64,000 nucleotides of DNA from Utricularia gibba (Eukaryota > Plantae > Magnoliophyta). The stretch is from positions 744,001 to 808,000 of the forward strand of contig NEEC01000021.1 in NCBI GenBank assembly GCA_002189035.1. Reading direction: 5' to 3'. Position 1 is the stretch's first letter. Every line of letters begins with the position of its first letter. Below are positions 27,377 to 40,863 of the stretch, one piece after another. The notes beneath the pieces were generated by a model, which ran no database searches, was not told the origin of the DNA, and saw only the letters and a list, made by a program, of their open reading frames with translations. A program made the position numbers and the translations under genes.

Positions 27377-29915
27377 ATGGCGGACACCGAGACGTTTGCG
27401 TTTCAGGCTGAAATCAACCAGCTCCTGAGTCTCATCATCAACACTTTCTACAGTAACAAGGAGATCTTTCTACGTGAATTGATCAGCAATTCTTCCGACG
27501 TACGCCTCTAAGCTCTCTTTTAATCTGTTCATTTTGTGCAGATCTGAGTGTTCTGTGTTGCTGCTATGTCCGTGTGCGATTACGAACCCTTGTGATGGAA
27601 ATGGATGTAGATTAGTAGATTTTTCTGTTGAATCACGCTGTGTGGAAGGCTGCGGTTTATCTCTTTCGGGAAGACTGTTTTGTAAATATGAGTGGTAATT
27701 GTTGTTGTGAAAAGCGTATGGACGATTTGCATTTGAAAATGCTGATCTGCGTAGTTTTGTGTCATCCGCTAGCTACAGAATGAATTTTGATGTGTTTGTT
27801 CTTACATATTTGGGATTATGTAACGGTTGCCTTATTTGAAATATTCCAGGCTTTGGACAAGATTCGTTTTGAGAGCTTGACTGATAAGAGCAAGCTCGAT
27901 GCTCAACCAGAGCTTTTTATCCATATTGTACCGGATAAGGCAAATAACACCCTTTCAATCATTGATAGCGGCATCGGAATGACCAAGGCTGGTGAGTTTC
28001 ATGGCCTTTATTCGCCTACATTTAGTTTTATATCCCTATTGGTCTACTAACTTGCTTGTTGTTGCTCTCTACAGATCTTGTAAACAATCTTGGTACAATT
28101 GCAAGGTCTGGGACAAAGGAATTCATGGAAGCCCTGTCAGCTGGTGCTGATGTGAGCATGATTGGACAGTTCGGAGTTGGTTTCTACTCTGCTTACTTGG
28201 TTGCTGAGAAGGTGATTGTGACTACCAAGCATAATGATGATGAACAATATGTCTGGGAGTCTCAAGCTGGTGGATCATTCACGGTCACCAGAGACACTTC
28301 CGGCGAGAATATTGGAAGGGGGACCAAGATCACACTTCATCTAAAGGAGGACCAGCTTGAATATCTGGAGGAGCGCCGTCTGAAGGACCTTGTCAAGAAG
28401 CACTCTGAATTCATCAGCTACCCCATTTCTCTGTGGGTGGAGAAGACCACCGAGAAAGAAATCTCCGATGATGAGGATGAGGAGGATAAGAAAGAAGACG
28501 AGGAAGGAAAAATTGAGGAAGTAGACGAAGAAAAGGAGAAGGCTGACAAGAAAAAGAAAAAGATCAAGGAGGTTTCCCACGAGTGGAACTTGGTGAACAA
28601 GCAGAAACCCATTTGGATGAGGAAACCTGAGGAGATCACTAAGGAAGAATACGCTGCTTTCTACAAAAGCCTAACGAATGATTGGGAAGAGCACTTGGCA
28701 GTCAAGCATTTTTCAGTCGAGGGACAGCTCGAGTTCAAGGCCATCCTCTTTGTTCCCAAAAGGGCACCATTTGATCTCTTCGACACCAGGAAGAAACCCA
28801 ACAACATTAAGCTCTACGTCCGTCGTGTGTTCATCATGGACAACTGTGAGGAGCTGATGCCCGAGTATCTGGGATTTGTCAAGGGAATCGTCGACTCCGA
28901 GGACCTGCCTCTGAACATCTCCCGTGAGATGCTGCAGCAGAACAAAATCTTGAAAGTCATCCGCAAGAATCTGGTCAAGAAATGCATTGAGCTCTTCTTC
29001 GAGATTGCCGAGAACAAGGAGGATTACAACAAGTTCTACGAAGCCTTCTCCAAGAACCTCAAACTGGGCATCCATGAAGACAGCCAGAACAAGTCCAAGC
29101 TCGCTGAGCTTCTGAGGTACCATTCCACCAAGAGCGGCGACGAGATGACCAGCTTAAAGGACTACGTCACCAGGATGAAGGACGGCCAGAGCGACATTTA
29201 CTACATCACCGGCGAGAGCAAGAAGGCCGTCGAGAACTCCCCGTTCCTGGAAAAGCTGAAGAAGAAGGGCTACGAAGTCCTCTTCATGGTTGACGCCATA
29301 GACGAGTACGCGGTGGGACAGCTCAAGGAATTCGAAGGCAAGAAGCTCGTCTCCGCCACCAAGGAGGGCCTGAAGCTAGACGAGAGCGAGGACGAGAAGA
29401 AGAAGAAGGAAGACCTGAAGCAGAAGTTCGAGGGCCTCTGCAATGTCATCAAAGACGTCCTCGGCGACAAGGTGGAGAAGGTGGTAGTCTCCGACCGCGT
29501 CGTCGACTCCCCCTGCTGTCTGGTAACCGGCGAGTACGGATGGTCCGCCAACATGGAGAGGATCATGAAGGCGCAGGCTCTCAGAGACTCGAGCATGGCC
29601 GGCTACATGTCCAGCAAGAAGACTATGGAGATCAACCCCGAGAACCCCATCATGGAGGAGCTGAGGAAGAGGGCGGATACCGACAAGAACGACAAATCCG
29701 TCAAGGACTTGGTCATGCTCCTCTTCGAGACCGCCCTCCTCACCTCCGGCTTCAGCCTCGAGGACCCCAACACATTCGGCAACAGGATCCACAGGATGCT
29801 GAAGCTTGGCCTCAGCATCGATGAGGACGACGCCGGCGAAGCCGACGGTGATGGTGACATGCCCCCTCTGGAAGACGTTGATGCCGAGGGGAGCAAGATG
29901 GAGGAAGTCGACTAA
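27377..29915 (+). CDS. HSP90: Cytosolic HSP90 (HSP81-2/3/4 type, two introns)
   Basis: Begins [41 protein letters not shown]. Exon 2 is [23 protein letters not shown]. The long exon 3 has GQFGVGFY and ends MEEVD*. Confidence 0.98.
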
Positions 29916-30225
29916 ATGGTAACAACAGAGAGCTAGTCATGTTTTTCCCCACTACTATCTTATTGCTTCTTCATTCTGAACTTGGTAGTTTACTCGTCGT
30001 GCTCTGTTAGCCTTTTTGATTTGGCGGCTGGTTTTGTTTTCTAGTAGCATATTATTTCGGATTCAATAAAGAGTTCGAAGTTTCAAAAAATGGGGTCTGC
30101 ACTCTGAACAAACCAACTCCATCAAACAACACACACAAAAGAAAAGAAAGAAAAGAGAGAATGTGCAGCACAACACAGCACACAAGTGATGTTTGTTGTT
30201 ACAAGTATATGTTTCTTCGGTTGGA

Positions 30226-31597
30226 TTACGAATCCTCGACTCGGGAGTGGAACACGAAGCTCGGGAACGTTGTGGTGATATCCCTGATGGGTTTTCCCTG
30301 TCAGAAGAAAGGAAACACCATGCAATGAAGGAAGGAAGCAGGTTGCTAACCTGAGATACTGGAGAGTCATGTTCTTCAAGAGGGATGGATGCTGAAGGAC
30401 AAGTGTTCTCCACTCTTCCTTGTCGATTTTGCCGTCGTGCTTCGTGTCTGCTTCCTCGAATGTCTGCAATCGGCACCATGCAATGAATATGATCAGGTTA
30501 AAGTACAATCAAGAAGTCTTCTTGGACATGGAATTCAGAGTCTTCACAGTTCAGTTGTGAGAATGGGGTGATGGAGATGACCTTGTCGATGATGCTTTCG
30601 ATGACTTGGTCTGACAAGTTCATGCCCGACTCTGCTAGAGTGGCCACCACCATCTGCTTCACCTGTTCCAATGTTGGTGATGATGATGAAAACACCAAGG
30701 ATTCAGGGGATCTGGGTATAGTTTTCTACCTCCTGCCTCTCGATAAAGCCTTGTTGCTTGAGATCATAGAGCTGAAAGGAGACTGCAGAGAGTAGACATG
30801 GGAAGATATCATTTTTTTTCTTGGAAGAAATGGAGTATGCAAACAAACAAGAAAACTGTCTGCTTACACTCGATCTTATCATCAATGGGAGCATTTGGGT
30901 GGAACACTGAAAGCGCACGGGCAAACTCCTCAAAGCCTAGGATGCCATTATGCCTTGTGTCAAACAAGTCGAACACCTGGTTCCCAAGAACAAATTAGGA
31001 ACAGGAACGCAGCTGGGAAAAGCAAATGGGAGAAGTTTTTCTGTGTGGTCTAGGAAGGAATTCCCATGAGCGCCTACCCTATCTGCAAACAGACTCTCTT
31101 TCTTGTTCGTCTTGAACAATGCAAGCTGAAATTCTTCCTGCAAACAGTGCAAGGCATTCAACATGGTGAGTGTGCACTTGTAAAGACACAGAGGTGCTTT
31201 TGTGTACAAAACCTTGTTAATCAGGCCATCGTCGATCACGGCGCTGCTTATCTTCTTAAACAGCTCGTAGAGCGCTTCTATCTCACTTACACTAACTGCA
31301 AAAGAAATAGTGTGTAAGATGATGCCAAATCCATCACCATTGGTAATAAACACATCACACCATGCTAGAAAGAAATGAAACATTGATGAAGAAGGTTTTT
31401 ATATGCTGGAAAAAGTAATGGTGATGTTTCACTTCAAGAACCAAATGAAAGGCACAAGAACAGAGCAGTATTGACATACAAACAGTCTCACGAGCAAGCA
31501 CTTCGGGGTCATCAAGACCCCTCGATTGCTTATCTAGTTCAAAGCACCGAAACACTGAAGAACACAAATGGTTAATCCCTTCTAAGCACGGCAACAT
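30226..31597 (-). CDS. CBL3: Calcineurin B-like calcium sensor, CBL2/CBL3 (tonoplast) type
   Basis: Begins [25 protein letters not shown], then [53 protein letters not shown] and [18 protein letters not shown]; ends [12 protein letters not shown] long 5'UTR intron lies upstream. CBL2 versus CBL3 cannot be resolved by eye. Confidence 0.92.
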
Positions 31598-33486
31598 GGT
31601 GCTTCATGTATGATATTCACCTCCATACCTGCGGAGAGACAATGGAAGATGATTTCTAACCAGTCACAAAAGAATAAACACATCAGAAAGAGAGAAGAGT
31701 TTAAGACCCTTGGAGTCATTCTTCAACTATGGTGATGGAACTCAATCAAAGTGAACACTTTTTACTGTTGCAAGGTCAATTTATCCCAACCTGAAAACCA
31801 CAGAAACAGATAATATACTTGCTGACACAACAACTTCAAGTTTCCAACAATTCAGAAAACCACCCTGTGGGAAAAAAGTATGTTCTGTTCACTTGAACTG
31901 CTTCCAATTTGCAATCAATCTTAACTAAATGAAAAAAAAATGAAACTTTTCCGAGTTTGGAAAGAAACAAAGATGCCACCCACTTCTGTGGTGATACACA
32001 ACTAAAAGATAAAGAAATCTAATACTACAACTATAAAACCAAACAGCAGATAAAGTTCTCTGATTTGATTCACAAAATAATCAGAAATCAAAGAATCTTG
32101 GAGTATATGCCAGTGACCCACAGTAGAACTAACTCATCTCGACTTCAACTCAATCTCTGAAAACACAAGTCGAAAGTCTGACACAGAGGGACCCGATTCC
32201 AACTAAAATAATGTGTCAACTTAACTGGATACAGAAACCCAGAAATCCGCGTACAGATCTACCAGAAAAGGAAGGAGAAGGCAAGCTAATGATTATGGAA
32301 TTTGGGTAGTACCATTCGCCTTCAATCAGCAATAGAAGGGAAAATTACAAGCACTGTCGCAGTAACGGGAAGAAAGATTCATTCTTTTTCTTACCTACAC
32401 AAAATTGGAAAAGAAAACGAATAATACATAAATTGTTTTTTATTAGATATATATATATTAAACAAACAAAGGACAACTATTTTGACCTGAAAGATTTGCA
32501 GCGGCGTCTATAATTTTCCGTCCACCGCTCCGCCGTCGACCTGAGGATCTCCGCTGATGCTTGATACTCTCCAGTTTATTGCAAGTCCGGCCGATCGCGT
32601 CTCGCGGTAAGGTTCATAGACTTTAAGCCTTTAAGGATGTCTTGATTTGTAAAAGCGTATGTTAGGGGAAATCAAACTTTTGTAGATGTTTTACACATTA
32701 CACCGCGGTTCTTTATGCCAAAAATTCTTCATTTGAATGGTCCTTGAAATACTTTCTTCAGAAATACATATATATGTTTTTTATACTATATAACTGAAGT
32801 TAAAATATATAATAAAAAATTAAATATAAATAATTGTTATTGATATATAATTTATTTTATTTTAATTTTCTAATATATAATTATTTGTTCTAATGCTGAA
32901 ATGCCTCCTTCTAGAAGATCAAGGTTCTTATTGAATTGATGATGTAACATAGGAGATGAGCACAATGTGCTATGAGATTCAGTTGAAGATTGATCCAATG
33001 CACTCAGGTCTTGATGAAGTGGTCATGATATTTTATAAACAAGTAAATGATATTTATCTCATATCATTAATTATTTAAAATATTAAATAAATAAACTTCC
33101 TTATTTTTATTAATTTAAATCATCAAATTATATATTTTTTTTAATAATTTTGATAATAAACATTCGATTCATTTGAAACGGTTGACATTTCTTCCAATTT
33201 CAGATAATTCATAGTATAATATATAACACGAGCTTCATAATTAATGTGACTTTTTTAAAAGAATAATATTTTAGGAATAATTTATTTAGCAACATCCCAA
33301 AGAGATGGGAACAACCTGAAATTGAGTAAAGGGCATCATACCATTTCTTGTACGCAAACCAGGTGGTGGTCCTTACAGACAACAGAAAACAAAACCACAA
33401 TGATATCCTTGCACGTTTGGAAGACAACCAGACAAGCTACAATTCATTTCCCTCATTAAAACAGCAGCATATGGATATATTCTTGG

Positions 33487-35305
33487 TTATTTCATGTACT
33501 TCTGGAGAAATTTTCTGTGGAAATCGTTTCTGATGGTGTCGTTGATGAAGCGCTTGGGAGTTTTTGTCTCCCCACGAGCCTGGTTCTTGAAGACAACATC
33601 ATCGTCCCACCTACAGGAGTTAAGGAGGGAAGTGTCGGGAAGAATTGAAAACAACGTTAACATTTTCACATTTAAGGAAGCGAAAAGCCATATCATGTTA
33701 CCTTCTCTTCACACTAAAGGAAGATGGATTGTTCATCAAGGGGTTACCATGGAGCAACTGCTCTTCCTTTGATCGCAGCTCCTCTTCTTGCCTTTGTCGT
33801 TCCTGCCAATGTTGGATACTCGTAATTTTAAGATTGACCACTGGCATAACAATAGCCCATATCACTAACTGCCTATCCAACAAGGAAGTTCAGACAACGT
33901 TTTCATTTTTCATATTTTACTCTCTGCTAAAACTGATTATCCCACTTGCACACCAGGCAAATAAAAATTATCCCTTATAAACACCAGGAAACTAAAAATT
34001 ATCCCTTATCTGTTAAACAATATTTCTATCATATTCGTAGAACGGAAGCTAGGAACTTTTATGGGTTTACAAATTGACCTCCATGCTAAAGGTCAGGGAA
34101 TACGATAAAAAAAAATATATTCACGGTGTGTTGGGTTTGAAAACTATTTTTTGAAGTTTTACGGTCGTGAATGAGAAGGCAACTTTAGGGTGACAATGAC
34201 ACAAATCTCAGAAGCTTTGCAGGGTATAATCAGACGTAAATGCAACAAATGGAAGCTACATCATATTCGGAAAAAATGATCTAGGAAACCAGCATAATGA
34301 ACCAGTGCATGACCATGAAGCGCTTACCTCTCGTTCTTTTTGTTCCGCCTTTTCCTTTTTCAAGCGTTCAAGCTCAGCTAAAAGTGCTTCTTCATCATCA
34401 CCATCATCATCGTCGTCATCATCATCATCACTGACACAAAAGCAATGAAATCAGTAAAAGTATCAATTTAAACTAGCAACCATGAAATAAATTTACTTAG
34501 TCTTATCAATAATCTAGTGAAAAGAAGGAAAATCATGAGTGTTTGTGACCATACTCATCAACACAAAAGCCTTTTTTTTGTGAAAACCAACCAAAACATA
34601 AGCAGTGACTGGGAAAAAGGGTACAGACCTGTCAAAAACTTGAGCATCCCCATCAGCATCATCAACATCTACATTGCGTACAACAATTCGCTCTTGGATT
34701 TCTCCCTTGCCTCCTGAATATAAATGCCAAAAATTAGAGTAACAGGTCTAAAAAAATAGCAGATCCATGCCACTCAAACAAAATATAAAGCAAAGATAAT
34801 TGCAGAGCCATCATTTACCTTCCAAAAGAAGTTGCCCCCCTCCCTTACGTCGCTCTCTGTCCTCTACACAACGCAAGCCACACCACAGATCAGTGAAAAT
34901 ACAAAACAATAAAATATCAGAAATTCGGTTCATTTCCATAAATAACCTACCCTTAGATGAGAAATGCCTCCTCTCACGGTCCTCCAATTCCTCTCTGAGA
35001 TTCCTCCTATGCACCTCATCTTGAGTATCTTGTCCATCCTTCCTGTGCGTAACCAAGCTCAATTGTCAAAAAAAAAAAAGAAAAAAGAAAAAACGTAAAC
35101 GAAACCACAAAAGCATAAAAACAGTTCAGCCTAAAAGCCAAGTCCGAAATCTACGAAAAAGAGGAAAATTCTACCGGGGTTTTAAGGTGGTATGAGAAGC
35201 GATATCCCTGGATGAATACTTCTGCGACTGACCAAATATACGAGCGCCGCCTTGCTCGTTTCCACCCTTCGCCGGTGCCCAGGTCGGCCTAGCTGCGGTC
35301 GTCAT
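33487..35305 (-). CDS. CWC15: Spliceosome-associated protein CWC15 homolog
   Basis: Begins [35 protein letters not shown] poly-Asp tract is encoded by (GAT)n at about 34393-34430. Ends [37 protein letters not shown]. Confidence 0.95.
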
Positions 35306-35953
35306 ATCGGAACCTTAAAAATCTCTTGGGCTGCGACTGAATCGTCTCTGCAACAAAGCGAAAAGCCTGTATCAACAACAGAAACAGATCAAGGAGAAAT
35401 CTAATTAACAACATACAATTGAGGAACAGATTAGGGCAGGTTACCCTCCTGAATTGATGTTTGGGAAAGAGGAGAAAGTAGTCTCCATTTTTACCAAAGA
35501 AATATCTAAAACGACGTCGTTACTTGTCACCTATATCAATTTTTTTTTTATTTTTGTAAACAAAAAACTATATATAGTTAATAATTACAAAAGTTAAATA
35601 ATGTCTATATCGTAATTCGTATGTCAGAAACTGCACTCACTTTCTATGATATTATGCGTTTAGCACACTTCATTATCCAACATTCTTACTAAGTTTTCTT
35701 GTGTCACAATTGTTACTTGTTCATAGTTTGATTATAATATGGAATGTCACAAATTACATTATTATTATACGATATTATCTATTATCTAATACATAAATAA
35801 AAACACTTTATTCATAACAAATATAAGTGGTTTAAAATAGGGAAAAGGCATTTCCCTACATCCCACATCGGCAACTAGCCTTATTATTCCGACACCACAC
35901 ACACAGGATTACAGTAGGAAACAAGGAAGTGGACAGCAGTTGCTCGGGTCGAA

Positions 35954-36341
35954 TCAGTTCTCGGGTTCGGCTCGGGGTCCGTAAGCAGTCCGGCAGCAGG
36001 CGCGGCACTGCGGAACCTGCGGTATCAAGACTTGGCGATACCCACAGCATTCCAGGCATCGAGCTCGCCCCATTCCGATGCAGTACCTGTACGGGTAGGT
36101 AGTGCATACGCCCGCCTGATCAAGTCCGTACGCCGGCCCGGATTCCTCTACCCCAACCGTAGCTGCGCAATGGAATGCCGCAGGAGTCATCAGGCAATCG
36201 AGTTCTGCGCATGCTTTAAAACACAGGAAAGAATAAAGAAGACGGCGAGAGCTTCTTACCGGCATCAGTGGATTGGGCGGCGATCAGGAGCGCAGCGACG
36301 AAGAAGAAGAAGAAGAGGATCTTGGAAGAAGAAGACGCCAT
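35954..36341 (-). CDS. Secreted 8-Cys peptide, array copy CRP1, 96 aa
   Basis: Exon 1 36341-36260 encodes MASSSSKILFFFFFVAALLIAAQSTDA. A 97-nt phase-1 GT-AG intron has branch-like CTGAT and acceptor TTGCGCAG. Exon 2 36162-35954 gives ATVGVEESGPAYGLDQAGVCTTYPYRYCIGMGRARCLECCGYRQVLIPQVPQCRACCRTAYGPRAEPEN*. TATA (GTATAAATAG) at about 36415-36424. Confidence 0.85.
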
Positions 36342-37937
36342 GGCTGCTGCTATTGTTGTTGTTCTTGCTCTTCAGAGAAGATTTGCAGTGGTGCATTGGG
36401 CATGCCAGCCTCCGCTATTTATACACAAAACTACCGGCGTTATCGGAATAATCTAAAAGCATGTGTTAACACAATTTCCTGAAGCTTGCAAGTTCAGACA
36501 GGATTTGGAGTACATGAATAGTCACACGTTTTTTTGTTTGACTTTTCTTCATTGGAAAAGTCCATGAAAATCTGCTATACAAAATGGGAAAAAAAGAATA
36601 AATAATTTATTTAGGTGAGTCTTTTAAATTATCTAGAAAACTAAAAAGAAAAGAAGTTATTTTTTGTATTTTCAAACCATTTTTAAGTTTACAAATATTT
36701 ATTTTCTTTATGAAAATAAAAAAAATGATTAGAGAGATAATATGTTAATTTATTTGATAAAGATATTCAATATTTTCTAATGTAATTATCCAAATCATGT
36801 TTGGGGTGACTCTGAAAACGATATTGTTATCAAATAAAGTGGAGCAAATTTAATGAATATTTCAATTTATTTTTATTTAAAAAAACCATCCAAAAATTTT
36901 TTATTATCAAATATGAGGGTTAGTATTTAATTAAATAAAATATTCAATATAATAAAATTTAATATCAAATTAAATCATTTACAATTAATTTTTAACATGT
37001 GTTATGCAGGAGTTTATCCCCACACCATTTTATCCAAAAAATTTATTAAATCTCCCTTCCCAAACTAGGGACATGTATCCTATTTTAACTAAAAGAGGTG
37101 TGCGTTGAAAAGTCGGTCTCACTCCATTGGCCACCACGTGCGACAATTATACGTAATAATTGAATTTAATGTAATGATAAAATTATAAAAATAATATATA
37201 CCTAAGTCGGTCGACTTCAAATTGCGTGCCAAATTGAACTAGTCCTCCATCTATTCCATCCTTATCTGGAGTCAATTATATTCCCTAAAGTAAGTAGATA
37301 TACCTAGTGTTAGAAATATGAACAAGAAAAAATGTTTAAAATGGAAAAATCTCGTATTAACACTTGATTTTATGTACATATAATTTATTTTTGATAAAAA
37401 AACAATTATTGAAGATCAGCCTAAATTCAAATAAACTTAAAGATGACAGAAAACATTAATATTATGTCATGAAGTGATTTTTCAATTAAAAATATTGGGT
37501 TACGGTATTAGATTTTTTATTTTTATTTTTATTTTTTTTTCTAGATTGTGGTCTATTTTTGCATAACCTAGACATTGTATATATATAGTCTACCAGCAAT
37601 CGGAGGCTTAGTGACCTTTTTTGCCCATTAAAAAATCAGTTTATACTTTATACAAGAACATTTAAAATATATATTTTATCAAATGGATGAATCGATCCGA
37701 TGAACCAGTTCATCTAAAATGGTCACAAAATTGGTCCGGGTTATGCATCCGATTTGAAAACATAGTCCGTAATACGTAATAAAAATATTTCATTCATAAT
37801 AATAATAATAAGTGGTTTTAAATAGGGAAAAGGCATTTCCCTACATCCCACATCGGCAACTAGCCTTATTATTCCGACACTACACATAAAGGATTACAGC
37901 AGCAAACATGAAGGGGATAGCAGTTTCTCGGGTCGAA

Positions 37938-38331
37938 TCAGTTCGCGGGTTCGGCTTGGGGTCCGTAAGCAGCCCGGCAGCAGGCGCGGCACTGTGGAAT
38001 CGCCGGTATCAAGACTTGGCGATACCCACAGCATTCCAGGCATCGAGCTCGCCCCATTGCGATGCAGTCGCTGTACGGGTATGTAGTGCATACGCCGCCC
38101 GCCTGATCAAGTCCGTACGCCGGCCCGGATTCCTCTACCATAACCGTAGCTGCGCAATGGCATACCGCAGGAGTCATCAGACAATCGAGGTGTTCGCATG
38201 CTTCATAACACAGGAAAGAATGAAGAAGACGGCGAGAGGTTCTTACCAGCATCAGTGGATTGGGTGGCGATCAGGAGCGCAGCAACGAAGAAGAAGAAGA
38301 GGATCTTGGAAGAAGAAGAAGAAGACACCAT
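37938..38331 (-). CDS. Secreted 8-Cys peptide, array copy CRP2, 98 aa
   Basis: Exon 1 38331-38247 encodes MVSSSSSSKILFFFFVAALLIATQSTDA; intron 97 nt. Exon 2 38149-37938 gives ATVMVEESGPAYGLDQAGGVCTTYPYSDCIAMGRARCLECCGYRQVLIPAIPQCRACCRAAYGPQAEPAN*. Confidence 0.85.
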
Positions 38332-39236
38332 GGCTGCTGCTGCTGCTGCTGCTGTTGTTCTTGCTGTTCAGAGAAGATTTGCAGGGATGCATTGGGCATG
38401 CCAACCTCCGCTATTTATACACAACACTAGCGGCGTTCTCGGAATAATCTAAAGCACGTGTTGACACAATTTCCCGGAGCTTGCAAGTTCAAGACGATTT
38501 GCAGTACATGAATTGTCACACGTTTTTTTTTTTTTGGTGACTTTTCTTCATTGGAAAAGTCCATAAAAATCTGCTCTACAAAATGGGAAAAAAAGAATAC
38601 TAATTTATTTAGGTGAGTTTTTTAAATTATCTAGAAAACTTAAAAGAAAAGAAGTTATTTTTTGTGTTTTCAAACCTAATATTTTTTTTCAATTTAAAAA
38701 TATTTATTTTCTTTATGCAAATAAAAAATGATTAAAGGGACATATATTACTTTATTTTATAAAATATTCAATATTTTCTAATTTAATTATCCAAAGTCAT
38801 GTTTGGGGTGACTCTGAAAAATATATTGTTATAAAAATATATTTTTATAAAATATATTGTTATAAAATATTCAATTTATTTTTATTTTTAAAAAAACCAT
38901 CTTAAAAAATTTTATTATCAAATACTAGTGATTTTGGTATTTAATTAAATAAAGTATTCAATATAATAAAATTTAATATCAAATTAAATCATTTACAATT
39001 AATTTTTATACATTTCATTTTTAACATGTGTTATGCGAAGGAATTTATCCCTCTACCATTTTATCTAAAAGACTTATTAAATCTACCTTTCCAAACGAGG
39101 GAAATGTGTCCTATTTTATCTAAAAAAGTTGTGCATTGAAAACTAGGCCCCACCCCATTGACCACCACGTGCGACAATTAAATGTAATAATTTACTTTAA
39201 TATGAGGATAAAATTATAAAAAAAATAATATATAAC

Positions 39237-39772
39237 TAATGGGGTACAAATATGATATGGTTAATCGTCTATTGAAAAGAAGACAAAAGGTGTTCTGACA
39301 GCGTTAGTCGACAAATCAATATCCGTCATATATTTGATAATAGCAATCATTTTGCACAGTCTGAAAATATGACTGAATTACGACAGAGCAGCCAACGGTT
39401 GTCTGAAAAGTAGGATCACAGTACAAACGCAGAAAACAACAGACATTTACAAAATTAGTAATTCGATCAAATCAACCTATTTTATAAGTATGAGAAATTC
39501 AAAAGATAAGGGGGTTTGACCCTAAGCACTCCTCCAACTTGTATTTTCTCCCCACTCCCATCTAGTAAATATATTTTCCGACGAGTTCCGATAGCTTCGT
39601 AGTTTTTCCGTTCTCCGACGGTTTACATGTTAAAACCCCTCTCTTCTTTCATTTTTGGTTAACATGATCGCACTATTCAAAATATCAAAGCCTTAATCGA
39701 ATATGGCACGCTCGTCCACATCCATAACCCGAAAACCGACCCTCTTTCTAACATCAATTTTCAACCACAACA
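39237..39772 (+). mobile_element. Solo LTR (about 536 bp) inserted upstream of CRP2
   Basis: Absent from the paralogous site upstream of CRP1, where ATACC occurs once (37198-37202). Here the insert is flanked by ATAAC/ATACC, a 5-bp target-site duplication with one mismatch. It starts TAATGG, ends AACA and is homologous to 47470-47997. Confidence 0.65.
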
Positions 39773-40863
39773 ATACCAAAGTCGGTCGACTTCAAATTGC
39801 AGAACTAGTCCATCTATTTTATTTCCTGAAGCGAGGAAATTTTTACTCGTGTTAGATATATGAATAGAAAAATATGATAAAAATGGAAAATTCTCATAAT
39901 AACACTTGATTTTTTATAAATATAAATATATATATAAAAAAAGTAACAACGAGAGATTGATTTTTCGATAGAGGAGAGCAATCTATGAGGGGCGAACATC
40001 TTCTTGAATCTCTGGATTTTTTAGGATTGGATGCTATTCTATAATATTCGACGTTTATAGTAAATCTTGTTCTGTAAGCATTCATAGTTTTAAGAAATAT
40101 TCAAATACTGCAAAAAATTGCACCTATATCCTAATCTATAATAGTGTTTTGGAAAATTTTTAGAATTTATTTTTACTTTTCTGAAAATAAAAATAATTTT
40201 ATTATAGAATATTATTAATTGTAAAAATAATTTTAAAATTTTACTACAAAAAATATTTTTGAAAAAGTAAAAAATAATCTAATTTTACATCTTATTTCTA
40301 TGTTTCACAATTATTTTTGAAAAATAGAAATGTATTTTACATCTTATGTTTTAAACACACCGGTTAACCGTCCAGTGGAAGAAAAAAAACGGGTTGGGTG
40401 ACATGTAAAAATATCAAATCAATCTTATTATTTTTCTTATTTGACTTTGATTTTTTTTTTCATTTTATTTTATTATGGTTATTTTATGTTTATTATTTTT
40501 TATGTTAAAGTTATTTTAACTTTTATTCTTTCATTACGTTCATATATTGGTTTTATTAAAAAATCAATTTATACTTTATACGAGAACATTCAAAATACAT
40601 ATTTTTTTTAACAAACCAATTCATCCAGAATGATCACAAAATTGTTTCGAGTTATGCATCCAATTTGAAAACATAGCTGTTAATACGTAAATAAACATAT
40701 TTTATTCACAATAATAATAACAAGTGGTTTTAAATAGGGGAAATTGCGCTTTCCCTACATCCCACATCGGCAAGAAGCCTTATTATTCCGACACCACACA
40801 GTGACACAGACGCACATTTCGAGTAGGAAACTAGGAAGCAGACGACCAGTTGCTTGGGTCGAA

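Noticed and set aside
27590-27750. Possible C/D snoRNA in HSP90 intron 1
   Set aside because: The box C is imperfect, there is no terminal stem, and the short rRNA-like complement is not placed directly upstream of a D box.
28341-29896. Multiple antisense and alternative-frame ORFs over HSP90
   Set aside because: They are by-products of the high GC3 and repetitive Lys/Glu codons of the real CDS.
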